From Lingula anatina (lineage: Eukaryota > Animalia > Brachiopoda): DNA of 64,000 nt. Below are positions 11,401 to 22,600 of the stretch, one piece after another. The position numbers and the translations under genes were made by a program. Where the stretch lies: NCBI GenBank assembly GCA_051362555.1, contig CM120642.1:14570001-14634000 (forward strand). Reading direction: 5' to 3'. Numbering within the stretch: position 1 is the stretch's first letter; the number at the start of each line of letters is the position of its first letter. The notes beneath the pieces are model-generated. The model was not told the origin of the DNA, searched no databases, and worked only from the letters and a program-made list of their open reading frames with translations.

Positions 11401-14400
11401 AAGGTTCCAGGATTGACTGTAAGAGGTCTTAACTTAACAGAAACTATAGCACTACCAACCTGTTATACAAGAGAAAACATACCATTCAACAAGAAACATG
11501 TACCTAGACCATCGGATGCGAGAAGATGGAATCACCTGCAAAATATACAGAGCCAAATTGCACCGCTCCAGAATTGCGACGCAGGTTTACTTATAGGTTA
11601 CAACTGCTCTCGTGCATTGGTACCCCTTAGTGTCAGAGTAGGAGCAAACGAGGAACCCTATGGAATACAGACACCCCTGGGATGGAGCGTCGTGGGAAGG
11701 ACCGGACGAGAAGACCCAGATGAATATCACCTCAGTCACAGAGTGATGAGGAAAGAAATACAAAAGGATTTGAGAGTCGATGATAGAGGAGAAGTGACTT
11801 TTGTCCACAGAACAAAGGTTAAAGAGACAGTAACTGAGCCAGAGATAATTCAGTTACTGGAAGCGGACTTCAGGGATGAGCACAAGTCAGAAGATTCCTT
11901 GTCCCAAGATGACTTGAAGTTCTTAAGGAAGATGAAAGACACAATCTATCAAGACCAAGACAATTTCTATACCATGCCTCTACCATTTAGAACTGATGCC
12001 CCACAGTTGCCTGACAACATGCCCATGGCCATGAGAAGACTTGAGCATCTGAGAAAGAAATTTGCAGACAAAGAATTTGCCGCCGAATATAAGAAGTTCA
12101 TGGACGCGATGATAGAAAGCGGAGAAGCTGAACCTGTTCCAGACAAAGATGTAGCTGGAGGACACAGATGGGTCGTGCCGCACCATGGAGTTTACCATAA
12201 ACGTAAAGGAAAGCTCAGGGTAGTATTTGACTGCGCAGCGAGATATAAGAACATTAACCTGAATGAGAACCTCATCTCAGGTCCAGACCTCACTAACAGT
12301 CTGATAGGATGTCTCCTGAGATTCAGAGAGGGATCAGTAGCCGTGGTAGGAGACATAGAACGAATGTTTTATCGGTTCAAGGTAGACCCACGAGATCGTA
12401 ACTACTTCCAGTTCCTGTGGTGGGATGGAGACGTAGAAGGCACACCCAAGCTATTTAGGATGACAGTTCACCTGTTTGGAGCTGCCAGTTCCCCTGCGTG
12501 TGCTAACTTTGCTTTGAAACAACTGGTTGAAGACCATGGAGAAGAATTTGATGAGAAGGTTTGCTGGGTAGCTGGTAATTGCCTTTACTTAGACGACTTG
12601 TTATTAAGCATTGATTCTGCTGAGGAGGCAAAGCAGCTTATTGAAGGCGTACGTCAGCTATTTCAGAAAGCAAATATAAGACTTCACAAGTTTATTAGCA
12701 ACAACCAAGAAGTTCTGGAGAGTATTCCCGTATCAGAAAGAGGGGCACAGAGCACCACTGTTGATTTGCCTTTACCTGCCACAGAGAGAGTATTGGGAAT
12801 TCAGTGGGATACCCATAGCGACCAGCTCAGCTTTCAGTTAACACTGAATGAAAGACCGATGACTAGAAGAGGAATTCTTTCGACTGTTGCCTCCGTCTAT
12901 GATCCCTTGGGTTGTATAGCACCATTTATCCTATTAGGCAAACAGATACTGCAGGAGATGTGTGCGTCCAAAGCCAGCTGGGATGATCCAATATCAGAAG
13001 AACTCAGACCAAGATGGGAGAAATGGCTGCGTGAAATGCCAAAGCTAGCGGAAATTCATTTATCAAGATGCTATATTCCCCAAGACTTTGGAAAAATTGT
13101 CACAGCAGAGATACACCACTTTTCGGACGCAAGTACCAGAGGATATGGCCAATGCTCCTACCTTCGAGTAGTGAATAACAAAAACGAGTGCCACTGCTGT
13201 ATCGTGTTGGGCAAATCTCGAGTCGCGCCACTCAAGATTACTACAATTCCGAGATTAGAGCTTACAGCAGCCACAATGTCGATCAAGATGAGTACTCTGC
13301 TGAAGTCTGAAATTACCTATGAAAACCTCAAGGAGTATTTCTGGACAGACTCCAAGATAGTGCTAGGATATTTGAAGAACAATGTAAGAAGATTTCATAT
13401 CTTCGTAGCTAACAGGATTCAGACGATTCAAAACGCTTCTGACCCTAGTCAGTGGCACTACGTGCCAACCAATGATAACCCGGCCGACCATGCTTCTAGA
13501 GGGCTGTATCCAGAGGAACTGATGGCATCAAATTGGTTTAAAGGCCCAGAATTCCTGAGAAACCCAGTTCTAAGCATGGTAGAAGAAAATCCAGAGGTTG
13601 ATCCAAATGATCCAGAGTTGAAGAAAGCAACAGTAAATGCAGTGGAGACTACAGAAAAGGCAGGAACATTTACACAGAAGTTCAATAGATTTTCATCCTG
13701 GACCAATGCCATTACAGCAGTGACAACCATTAGAAAACGTCTACTCAAAATGGGTTCATCATTGTCTGCTGACCGACGAAAGGCAGAACTTACTATTCTT
13801 AAGCTGCTTCAGGCTGAACGGTTCCAAGACGAAATTAGGCAAATCAAAGATGGATCGCTTCCGAAGAAAAACCCTCTCTCCAAGCTGGATCCTTATATTG
13901 ACGAAGAAGGAACCCTGCGAGTAGGAGGACGTCTGACACGATCCTCACTGTCTTACGAAGTACAACACCCTGTAATTTTGCCAAAGTCAGGACATATTGT
14001 AGACCTAATTGTGCGTAATTGCCATCAGAAGGTAGCCCACCAGGGAAGAGGTTTTACTCTGAATGAGATACGTTGCCAAGGGTACTATATCATTGGTATA
14101 GGCAAGACGGTTGCTTCGGCAATACACAGATGCGTAACCTGTAGAAAAAACAGGGGCAAAAGTGAAGAACAGAGGATGTCAGATTTACCAAGGGATCGAA
14201 CAGAACCTTCACCCCCATTCAGTTACTGCGGCATTGATTGCTTTGGCCCCTTCTCTGTGAAAGAAGGTCGCCGTGAAGTTAAGCGATATGGATTGATAGT
14301 GACCTGCATGGCGTCGAGAGCAGTACACATCGAATGCCTGGATGACATGACGACAGATAGTTTCATTAATGCTTTAAGATGTGTGATAGCTTTGAGGGGT

Positions 14401-16677
14401 CCCATACGGCAAATCAGATGTGATCAGGGATCAAATTTTATCGGAGCAAGAGTGCTTTTAGATAAATCACTAGAAGAGATCAAAAATGACGAGTTGAAGA
14501 AATTTATGATTGAGAACAAGTGTGATTTTGTGTTTAACAGCCCACACTCAAGCCATATGGGAGGTGTGTGGGAGCGACACATTAGAACCATCAGAAGTAT
14601 ACTAGCAGCAATGTTGGAGCAACATGGTTCTCGTATTGACACAACCACCTTAAGAACCTTCCTATATGAAGTCATGGCCATTATTAACTGTCGACCTTTG
14701 ACCGTACAGAACCTACATGATCCACTTGGTCCAGAATCACTTACTGCGAACCATTTGTTGACAATGAAGCCAAAGGTAATATTGCCATTGGGAGAGTTTG
14801 GACCTGAGCACCTGTATGCAAGGCAAAGATGGCGCCAAGTACAAGTGTTAGCGGATAATTTCTGGAGTCGCTGGAGGAAGGAATACCTTCTTAATCTGCA
14901 ACAACGAACAAAGTGGAATGGGAAACGAAGAAACCTAGGAGTGGGAGACATTGTTTTGCTCAAAGATGAAGGATTATACAGAGGAGACTGGCGACTTGCC
15001 AGAGTGACAGAGGCGAGCATAGATGAGGATGGATTAGTTCGCAGAGTGAAGATTCTTTTGGGGAATCCTGATCTTTCTGCCAAAGGCATCCCCTCCTCTA
15101 CGTCTACTATATTAGAACGTCCAATCCATAAACTAGTTTTGTTGTTAGAAGGGGATAAGTTGTAAGTTTCCCATAGAATAAGGTTCGAGTATGGTTTTGT
15201 GATACATGATGTTCAAGAACTTATAAGTGAAGATCTAATGGTATTTGGGAGTACCAAAGCTATTGTATAGTGAGTTAATAGTTACAGTTTACCAGTTACA
15301 TTGTTTCATGTGTAAGTTAGTTTTGTTTGTTTGTATAGAAAATCAATTAGATTTTGGCTGGGGAGTGTTACTGCCAGAGCAGTGTTTTATAGATAAATCT
15401 TATTTCTTTACTTCGGACGCGCTACTCACTTGTTTGTCGCATCGGTGTTGAATAACAATTGTTTTTAGCGCGCTTATGATAATGATGGGATAGAATGTGA
15501 TTCCATGTGGAATGAGATCGGCTGATATTAAATGCTGAGACAGCCGTAATTACAAGTGTTTTTGTAACAGGAATCTGGCCCATAAGGTTAGCAATTAATT
15601 TTAAGTTATGAAAGTTCATTTAAAGATAATTGCGAGAAGATAAAATTAGTTTTCCATTGTAAACTGCAACTTTGAGTAGCGTTAGAAATGCCGGTCTGAT
15701 GTACAATGCACAGTACATGTAACACAATCACTGTGCCTTTCAGTATTGGAGTAAAGAAAGTTCAGTAAAGTGTAGTGTATTGTTTAGAAACGAGAATGTA
15801 GCTGTACTAGTTGCGAGTTAAAGATTGTTTGTTTTATGTTCGTTATCAATGTTATTTTTAAAAGCGTATTTTTTCATTGTGTTAGTTGCGCCAGATGAGA
15901 TTTACCACACAATCATTTAGAACCCAGTCGCTTGCATTACACTAGAATAGCCCAAAGTCGGTAAGAGTTACTTATATTTTGGAGATAAAGATAGGATAAC
16001 ATGCAACTGTTAAGTAAAGATGTTATTTAAGCGACTTAATAGCATATATAAAAGAACTAGGGCAAGAATATGAGATGATTTTCATATTTTATTTCAATTA
16101 TTTTTTTTCAGTTGACGGTTTAAGGTTTAATAAATCAGTAAAAACGACGCAAAGCTGTTGTTGTTGTGTGTGAGTATTGCAAGTGGCTACAGCCATATAG
16201 AAAAGACTTGTAGGGGTACCATACACACACACTACTGACTGCTACTCACCCTCCCAATATGGCCAGATATGGTCTCTCTGGACTCTCCATGGCCTTGGCA
16301 AAATATGTCAGTTCTTTCTTCAGCAAGAACCCAGCAGCACGTTGGCCATGTTGGACACCAACCATGGAACTGAAAGGACAAAATATCAATGCTAAAATAT
16401 GTACAACATTACAAATTCGCCATGTCTTGCATATCCATTTTGTTCTACTTTTTAAAATCACATTCTCTACAAATAGGTTTCACCCTTAATGCTTAGAATT
16501 CAACCCCACATCACATAGTTTCTTGCAAGTTTTCTACTCTTGTATGACATCCAGCAGTGCAGACAGACATGATATAGCTACAAAATGTATCTCCAGTGTT
16601 CACCACTATAAAACATTTTTTGCCCATTTGCCAAAGACTTCCTGAAAAATTTTTGGCAGAAAAAAGTGCCATCATGG

Positions 16678-16713
<36 letters not shown>

Positions 16714-18806
16714 TGCACGCGCGCGTGCATGTGTGCACGTGCATGCGTGTATGCATGTGCACATGCTTGTGTATATGTTTCAACTGACTGATATGACTGA
16801 CTGATTAAAACCCTAACCTATTGGTCTCACATAAAATCTGCTACAGTGGATTTGGAAGGCACCCAATCTCCTCTCACAGGGTAATTCTATAAACTGCATT
16901 CCTTAGAAAACCTACCTGTGTGCCCTGTGAGCTGTACCAAAGGCATCATTCACATACACATCTCCCAGCTTACTCAGAGATGCACGGAACTGTTCAACAG
17001 CATCAGCGCTGGCTTTTACCTGCAATGAGACAAACAATGGTTAATTTATTTGAAAGTATGCTTCTTCTTAAGGAAAGACCAATTTAGTTTGACAAAAGAT
17101 ATAATCTGGAGTTCTGCTGGATTGTTTCAAAACTCTTTACCAACTGAAAATATTCATATTCTCTTGGCTTAAAAGATGCATAATTTTAGTCTTTCATATT
17201 TACATCAGTTTTACACTGTAGCTACATATTCTACATTAATCAAAAATCTATTATCCCTACCTTCTTGCCCTCTGCATCAACTCCCTTTCCCTCCTCTTCC
17301 ACATGGAACCTGAGATTCTCCAGAAGAATGACTGAGCCCTGGGCTGGAGATGCACAGGCTGCTTCCACCTCAGCCCCCACACAATCAGAGAGGAATGTCA
17401 CATCTCTAGAGAACACAGAAAGGTTAAACAATCAGATAGCAAGATTTATCAAATGTGTTCTTCAATTTAAAATGAAAAATAACACAAAATTACTATATGC
17501 TCATTTACACTTTTTTGTATATACAGTTTGTGTTACATAGGCACCCTGGTATGATGAATTGCTAATGTCAGATGGTTCACTCTGTCTATAGTTAAGACAG
17601 AAACCCATGTCTAAACAAGTGACATAGTCTAGGAAATTTTATTTTGTAACAGGACAGGCTATCTTAAAAATCTTACATCTTTTAGCTGCAATACAGATGG
17701 AAAAAAATGTACTGCTTTGCTTTATTCACTTACTGGATATCATGTCTGAAAAAATAATTTCAATAGAAGATAATGGGTCCAATACACTTGGCAGATCTGA
17801 GTTTTTCCACAAAACACCAAGTCAGACGGATATTTAATTACAAATAAATCCTAACATGTCAACTTTTGGATACTAATATTATACAGCTGAACAGTACCTT
17901 CCAAGCAACTTCTTCAGTTCCTCAGCCACAGGAGCTAAAGAGAATTTATCATTCCTGTTTCCATCTGGCCTTCCAAGATGACTCATAAGCACCACAGACT
18001 TAGCTCCTTTCTCCAGGGCATACTTGATAGTGGGGAGTGCTTCCACAATTCTCTGGTTATTGGTGATTTCTTTACCTTTTAGTGGCACATTGAAATCAAC
18101 CCTATAGGAAGAAAATATGACACCTATAGAGTATTTTTTAAAAATATTATACAAACATGTCAGTGAGGATTTCAACAGTTTGATGTTAAACTATATAGTA
18201 TGGCGTATTTGTTAACATCTATATGATTTAATGTAAAATAATGTCACCTGTGTATAATCTAATAAAATGCCATCAATTAATCAATTCAGCTCAAGCTGCC
18301 TGTGGTATATGTCATTTTCAATCATTCTGTTAATCTCTCTAAAGGCATTCAAACATCGCCCCTTAAATCTAACATATGTTTTTCAACAATGTAATAAGGC
18401 AGGCACACATTATTCAGTTCCTTAGACGTGAGATTGACACGGTCACTTTCATGAAACGGGGTGAATAAGACAAGGTCGTTATCAAGGTCAATCTTCATTT
18501 TGCTCAAAATCAGCTTTTGTTACAATGAAGACAAGTCTGACAAGATATGAAATTCATCAGAAAGTAACGCTATCTTTGCATATAACATAGAGGCTCTAAA
18601 CTGGTCTTTGAAAGTAATGAACAAATCTCTCATTTTTTCATCTAACGACTAAGGTTAGGGTGACCTTACTACAATTAAGTATCATCAATCAAAACAAAAT
18701 ATATACAAAATTTGTCTGCGGTCAGAACATTGTCAGTCTACCTTATCAAAACACGCTTTCCACCCAAATCCAGAGCATCAATACTGAGTTTGTTGCTGAG
18801 TGCCAT
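5473..18806 (-). CDS. PGK: Phosphoglycerate kinase, 11 coding exons (18806-18742, 18101-17898, 17405-17261, 17019-16916, 16369-16250, 8226-8112, 7618-7439, 6997-6921, 6451-6351, 5953-5855, 5516-5473), 417 aa
   Basis: The spliced translation reads [29 protein letters not shown]...SHLGRPDG...[15 protein letters not shown]...[15 protein letters not shown]...[14 protein letters not shown]...WNGPVGVFE...GGGDTA...[28 protein letters not shown]. All introns are GT-AG and the exon lengths sum to 1254 nt. Confidence 0.97.
8404..9229 (+). repeat. 5' LTR
   Basis: TGTTACTGCC...GTGGCTACA. Direct repeat of 15366-16191, with AATAAA at 9167. Confidence 0.96.
9844..15165 (+). CDS. BEL/Pao Gag-Pol polyprotein (first ATG at 9844; the frame is open from 9760)
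   Basis: Gag with three Cys/His knuckles ([41 protein letters not shown]), protease ALLDSQS, RT YLDD, RNase H FSDAS, integrase HHCC plus DDE (GIDCFGP, CDQGSNF, GGVWER), and a C-terminal [10 protein letters not shown]...ERPIHKLV domain typical of BEL/Pao. Confidence 0.96.
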   Translation: MEAATITKTPSTRTVPSQTPTDQEVTFRNISPKDDLRRRLIEELDPDDSVSQAGSNVSFKERQLEEKARQVALKERLKYLTAQQEIEEQQIRLEQRRKRLLLESELNESKKREEIFRKALGGEDTTKKESDSSYSHDVVRALEKLSLSRLPIPEPPVFEGNYLTYVTWRLAFKTLIESRNIPPSERLYYLKRYLRGEAKETVDHLFYLDSEEAYIEALEILEDRYGDKFLIAEAFRDKLEKWPKINSRDSKGLRKLSDFLRQCLAATDHVGELKILDDCRENRKLLQKLPEWITRRWARIVEESQGFPGFKRFVEFVKKESDIVNNPVMRPAETAFSKKTPTSTSLMTKTSDQAIPTPPVTKNACTFCEKIGHDIRECRNFERKTPQERMEFIKKRGLCLSCLRNGHLAKECKRKEQCSRCGRKHPAILHGDYEALHPEDQHVRTLSSTCQEGAISSMTIPVYVSVGNSGNEILTYALLDSQSDVTFISDELAAKLNAESVPTSIRISTVNSSYVVKTSKVPGLTVRGLNLTETIALPTCYTRENIPFNKKHVPRPSDARRWNHLQNIQSQIAPLQNCDAGLLIGYNCSRALVPLSVRVGANEEPYGIQTPLGWSVVGRTGREDPDEYHLSHRVMRKEIQKDLRVDDRGEVTFVHRTKVKETVTEPEIIQLLEADFRDEHKSEDSLSQDDLKFLRKMKDTIYQDQDNFYTMPLPFRTDAPQLPDNMPMAMRRLEHLRKKFADKEFAAEYKKFMDAMIESGEAEPVPDKDVAGGHRWVVPHHGVYHKRKGKLRVVFDCAARYKNINLNENLISGPDLTNSLIGCLLRFREGSVAVVGDIERMFYRFKVDPRDRNYFQFLWWDGDVEGTPKLFRMTVHLFGAASSPACANFALKQLVEDHGEEFDEKVCWVAGNCLYLDDLLLSIDSAEEAKQLIEGVRQLFQKANIRLHKFISNNQEVLESIPVSERGAQSTTVDLPLPATERVLGIQWDTHSDQLSFQLTLNERPMTRRGILSTVASVYDPLGCIAPFILLGKQILQEMCASKASWDDPISEELRPRWEKWLREMPKLAEIHLSRCYIPQDFGKIVTAEIHHFSDASTRGYGQCSYLRVVNNKNECHCCIVLGKSRVAPLKITTIPRLELTAATMSIKMSTLLKSEITYENLKEYFWTDSKIVLGYLKNNVRRFHIFVANRIQTIQNASDPSQWHYVPTNDNPADHASRGLYPEELMASNWFKGPEFLRNPVLSMVEENPEVDPNDPELKKATVNAVETTEKAGTFTQKFNRFSSWTNAITAVTTIRKRLLKMGSSLSADRRKAELTILKLLQAERFQDEIRQIKDGSLPKKNPLSKLDPYIDEEGTLRVGGRLTRSSLSYEVQHPVILPKSGHIVDLIVRNCHQKVAHQGRGFTLNEIRCQGYYIIGIGKTVASAIHRCVTCRKNRGKSEEQRMSDLPRDRTEPSPPFSYCGIDCFGPFSVKEGRREVKRYGLIVTCMASRAVHIECLDDMTTDSFINALRCVIALRGPIRQIRCDQGSNFIGARVLLDKSLEEIKNDELKKFMIENKCDFVFNSPHSSHMGGVWERHIRTIRSILAAMLEQHGSRIDTTTLRTFLYEVMAIINCRPLTVQNLHDPLGPESLTANHLLTMKPKVILPLGEFGPEHLYARQRWRQVQVLADNFWSRWRKEYLLNLQQRTKWNGKRRNLGVGDIVLLKDEGLYRGDWRLARVTEASIDEDGLVRRVKILLGNPDLSAKGIPSSTSTILERPIHKLVLLLEGDKL
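15366..16191 (+). repeat. 3' LTR
   Basis: Copy of 8404-9229 at offset 6962, with no differences noticed by eye. Confidence 0.96.
16678..16766. repeat. (CT)n(GT)n microsatellite followed by an alternating purine-pyrimidine tract
   Basis: ctctct...gtgtgt...gcacgcgcgcgtgcatgtgtgcacgtgcatgcgtgtatgcatgtgcacatgc seen directly. Confidence 0.85.
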
Positions 18807-19130
18807 TTTATGTACAAGACTTTAAGCTCCAACGAAATGTTGCACAAAAGAAGACTGGAAGAGACGATCGTATACACAAGAGAAGCCGGTTCCGGCTGCG
18901 CAGATTGCAGGTGCGCTTCACCCTCTGTTTCCTTTTTGAAGCAAGTTGTAGGCAAAATGAAGTAGAAATAATTAGTATTCTGTTAATTTGTGATGCTTAG
19001 TTCACAAGGAGATCGTAAATTATTATATGACTTCAAAGTTACCACGATAAAGCGTTTAAACTAATAAAAGTCTGTTTCCTTTTCTAGGTTTGTTATTGGG
19101 TCACGAGAGTTCACGAGACTGTAAACAAGC
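18807..19130. promoter_or_regulatory. Probable bidirectional promoter PGK / PLRG1
   Basis: The two genes diverge within <1 kb. The interval has an AGCCGGttCCGGCT palindrome with an ETS-like core (18884-18897), TGCGCA (18897-18902) and tandem TCACGAGA (19101-19118). Confidence 0.55.
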
Positions 19131-19646
19131 ATGGTGGATGGTGGTACGAATTTAAGACGTTTATTTGCAAACTTAGTGAATTATACCCAGTAGTCCGCTT
19201 TTCCGATACTTTTACGAGGACGTCAAGGATCCTTAAAAATCAAAGATATGGAGGTGAAGTATTTATTAACCATAGATTACTGTGATATTGATCATTTAAC
19301 TGAATGGATGTCAAGATAATGTCCTATAAAGTAACGACTTCTCTGTCTCTGGTCTTGGTAACTTTCAAAGAAAGAGGATGAGACGAAACTAATCAGATTG
19401 TCCAGTCAGTCCAGCTGACATTCAGAAATATCCATTTAGTCTACAGGCACTTTCAGTCACAATGTTGAACTAATGATTATAGTTATAATTTAGTTTTGTT
19501 TTTACTACTAAGTAAAATTGATAGTAAGAAAAAAAAAGAGCACAATTTTAAATTCTTCGACTTCTTTGTAAAAATTGATACAATAATGTTAAATGCCTAG
19601 CTTAGTTTTATTCTTTCACTTTTAAACTAGACCCTTGTACTTTCAG

Positions 19647-22600
19647 GAGGTACAGAAGCATTCAGTGCATACGCTTGTCTTTCGCTCTTTGAAAAGGACA
19701 CATGATATGTTTTTGTCAGATCATGCCCATATACCTTTACAAGATGATAAGGGGTAAGTACTGGAAGCCATGCCATCTTGTGGGACCCCTTGCTGAAACT
19801 TTTCAACTTTTTAAGCACTTTGAAAACAGTGATGCTCATTTAATTTTGCTTTTTCTTGCAAGGCTGGTACGCAACTTTAAAACAAGTACACAACAGGAAA
19901 AAATAGTAAAATGCAAAAAAGTAACATCTGTAACAAAAACTATGAGTAAGTTGGTGTTTTTTGCAAGAGTTTTGCAGAACTACTTTTGAGTGTGGTTGAT
20001 AATAAACAATTTTGCACTTGGGCAATTTCCATCAGATTTACCATAGAATAACTTATGAAAACAAATGGCTTTACTAGGCTTTAATAGTTACAGTTCATGA
20101 ATTTGATATTGCCATAACTAGTTTATGTCCATTTCAGTGAGAAGTTAAGGATGGCATGCAAGCTGAATGATGAGTATGGCAATGTAAAGCACCTAGCAAC
20201 TGAGAAGAAGAGTCGAGCAGATGATGATGTAGTAGGACCTTACAACAGCCAGGCCATAATATCTATTGATTACCAGCATGGGCAAGCTATGGGAACTCAT
20301 AACTATCCTTCTGGGCCAGGTAAAATGGAGATAGCCACAGCTGATATTTACATATATTATTTTTTATCAAATCTGAAGTTACGGAGTAACAGTGTTGTTT
20401 TTGATTAAATTTTTCATTGATTTTGTTATTTGGCTCGGTGCTGTATTAGTGCCTTGTTTAAAAAATATGGGAAAATACTGCATCTCATAAGTGTAATTCA
20501 TTTTGAAATTGACCATTGTTCTGTGAGATTTGATAGTATCTACTGCCAGTGTTACAGTATTAGGATACTGAAAAAAAATTATTTGTGTATTTTTCAGGTG
20601 TCCATTTGACTGAGAACACAGCAATGCAGTCTCATCCGTCACAGAAAGCTTTGCCTTCATCCATGTATGGGTAAGGATGTTTTTTTCTGTTGTTTCGATT
20701 AAGCCTGGCAAGGATATTTTTAAGTACAGTTTTTTACCTGAAAAGAATTTTGTTGCTCCTGTGTCTGGTTTTAAAAATTTGTTTTATTACAAATAAAACT
20801 GTGAAAAAAAAAGGTTTGTATACTAGAATATGTAAGGGAAAATTGAGAGCAGAAGAGGAAATGAATTAAGGCTTAACCAGAGTCTTACTATTTGAAACTT
20901 CATGTGAATAAGAAATCTAAACTTTGTTTTGTTGTTTTAATATCATATCCAGTCAAGAAGACAACGTGTCAGCAGGCGTACATGAGATACAGCAGCATGC
21001 AGGGATGCAGGAGAGATATGCACCTCCTTCCAAGGTGAGTTACCCTCAGTGTGACACAGTGCCTTATTCTAGGTCCAAGGTGACCATCAGAACTGTCATA
21101 AAATGCTAATTTAAAAATAATATAATTTTGAGTGTAGAAAAAGGTGATGTTCTAAATAAAATCCTGTCAGTTTTGACCTCCCTCTTTCCAAGAATTTTAT
21201 ATGACAAAATGTGATTCATTGTTGAAATGTTGGTTTAAAGGAGTGGAAAAAGGGTACATTTCACCAGTAGACATTGTGATAATTCTGTTGATAGTACAGT
21301 ACCATAGACATTTTGCTTTTCCATTTCATTTTTACCTAAACAAAAATAGTCAGTGTAGAAATGTTATGGGAATGTGCATTATTTTAGGCACTGGTAGCAG
21401 TATCTGGGCAAGGAAAGAATGATAAAATGTTGGTACCAACAAAAGCTCCCACAATGCCAAAGCCAACTTGGCATCCACCATGGAAATTGTATAGGGTATG
21501 TATTCTTATGCCCACTATTTATATATAGTAATATATTATTTAGTCGCTGTTTTTATATTTTGTAATAGATTGTTACTGAAATAAGGAATTTTAAAGTTAT
21601 CACTTGATGTTTCCTCAAGCGCAATTTTAAAAGGTTATTGACACACTCATTAAAATGACCCCTTCACACAAGATGAATTTTTTTTTTTCAGGTAGAGTAC
21701 AAAAGACCTTGAGTTAGACATTTTGTTGAATCCCTTCATTTGTAAGCAATTATCTGGTGATTGATAGCCTAAAGTAAATTATGTAGCTATGTAAAAGAAG
21801 GGAAAATCCCCTGTTTGCAAATAATCTTATATTTTATGCTATTTCCAGGTAATCAGCGGTCATCATGGCTGGGTACGCAGTATTGCTGTGGAGCCGGGAA
21901 ATGAGTGGTTTGCCACAGGATCAGCAGATAGAATGATCAAAATCTGGGACCTGGCCAGTGGAACTCTCAAACTGTCCCTCACTGGACACATCAGCACTGT
22001 CCGGGGGATAGTGGTTAGTCCACGACAGCCATATTTGTTTTCTTGTGCAGAGGACAAGCAGGTCAAGTGCTGGGATTTAGAATACAACAAAGTGAGTGAA
22101 ATAATGAGTTGACATTGACAGAATATTCAGGTGTTTTTACACTAATAATGTATTTACTTTAATTTACTTTATTAAATACATATAATTTATTGATAAATGA
22201 TGTGCTTGAATTTGATGCAGAATGTAAACGGATTGATGAAAAAAATCGTCAAATGCAATAAAAATCTTTTTCGAAAATAAATCCCAATTGTAATCAGTTT
22301 AATTTGTGTTTCTGTTCAGGTGATTCGCCATTACCATGGTCATTTGAGTGCAGTTCATGCTATTGACCTCCATCCTACCATTGATATACTGTGTACCTGT
22401 GGGAGGGATGCCACAGTTAGGGTAAGTATACAGAATAAAATAATTTAAAACTAATGTCATCTTTAGCAGGGAAGAGAGAAAAAATGTGGTTAACACTTGA
22501 TATTTTGATTTCAGATAAATGGATTGCATGAGGAAGGGAAAATGAATAGTGAGATATTAATATATTATCAATTGTGAAAATATGTTTTAAAAATTTAAAA

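Larger units (their letters stand above)
8404..16191 (+). mobile_element. Full-length BEL/Pao LTR retrotransposon in PGK intron 5, antisense to PGK
   Basis: Two 826-bp TG...CA LTRs, a 5-bp TSD GCCAT (8399-8403 and 16192-16196), a polypurine tract ggctggggag before the 3' LTR, and one long gag-pol ORF. Confidence 0.97.

Noticed and set aside
14424-15089. 221-aa antisense ORF in the retrotransposon (and similar shorter ones)
   Set aside because: It is a shadow of the integrase frame with no recognisable motif.
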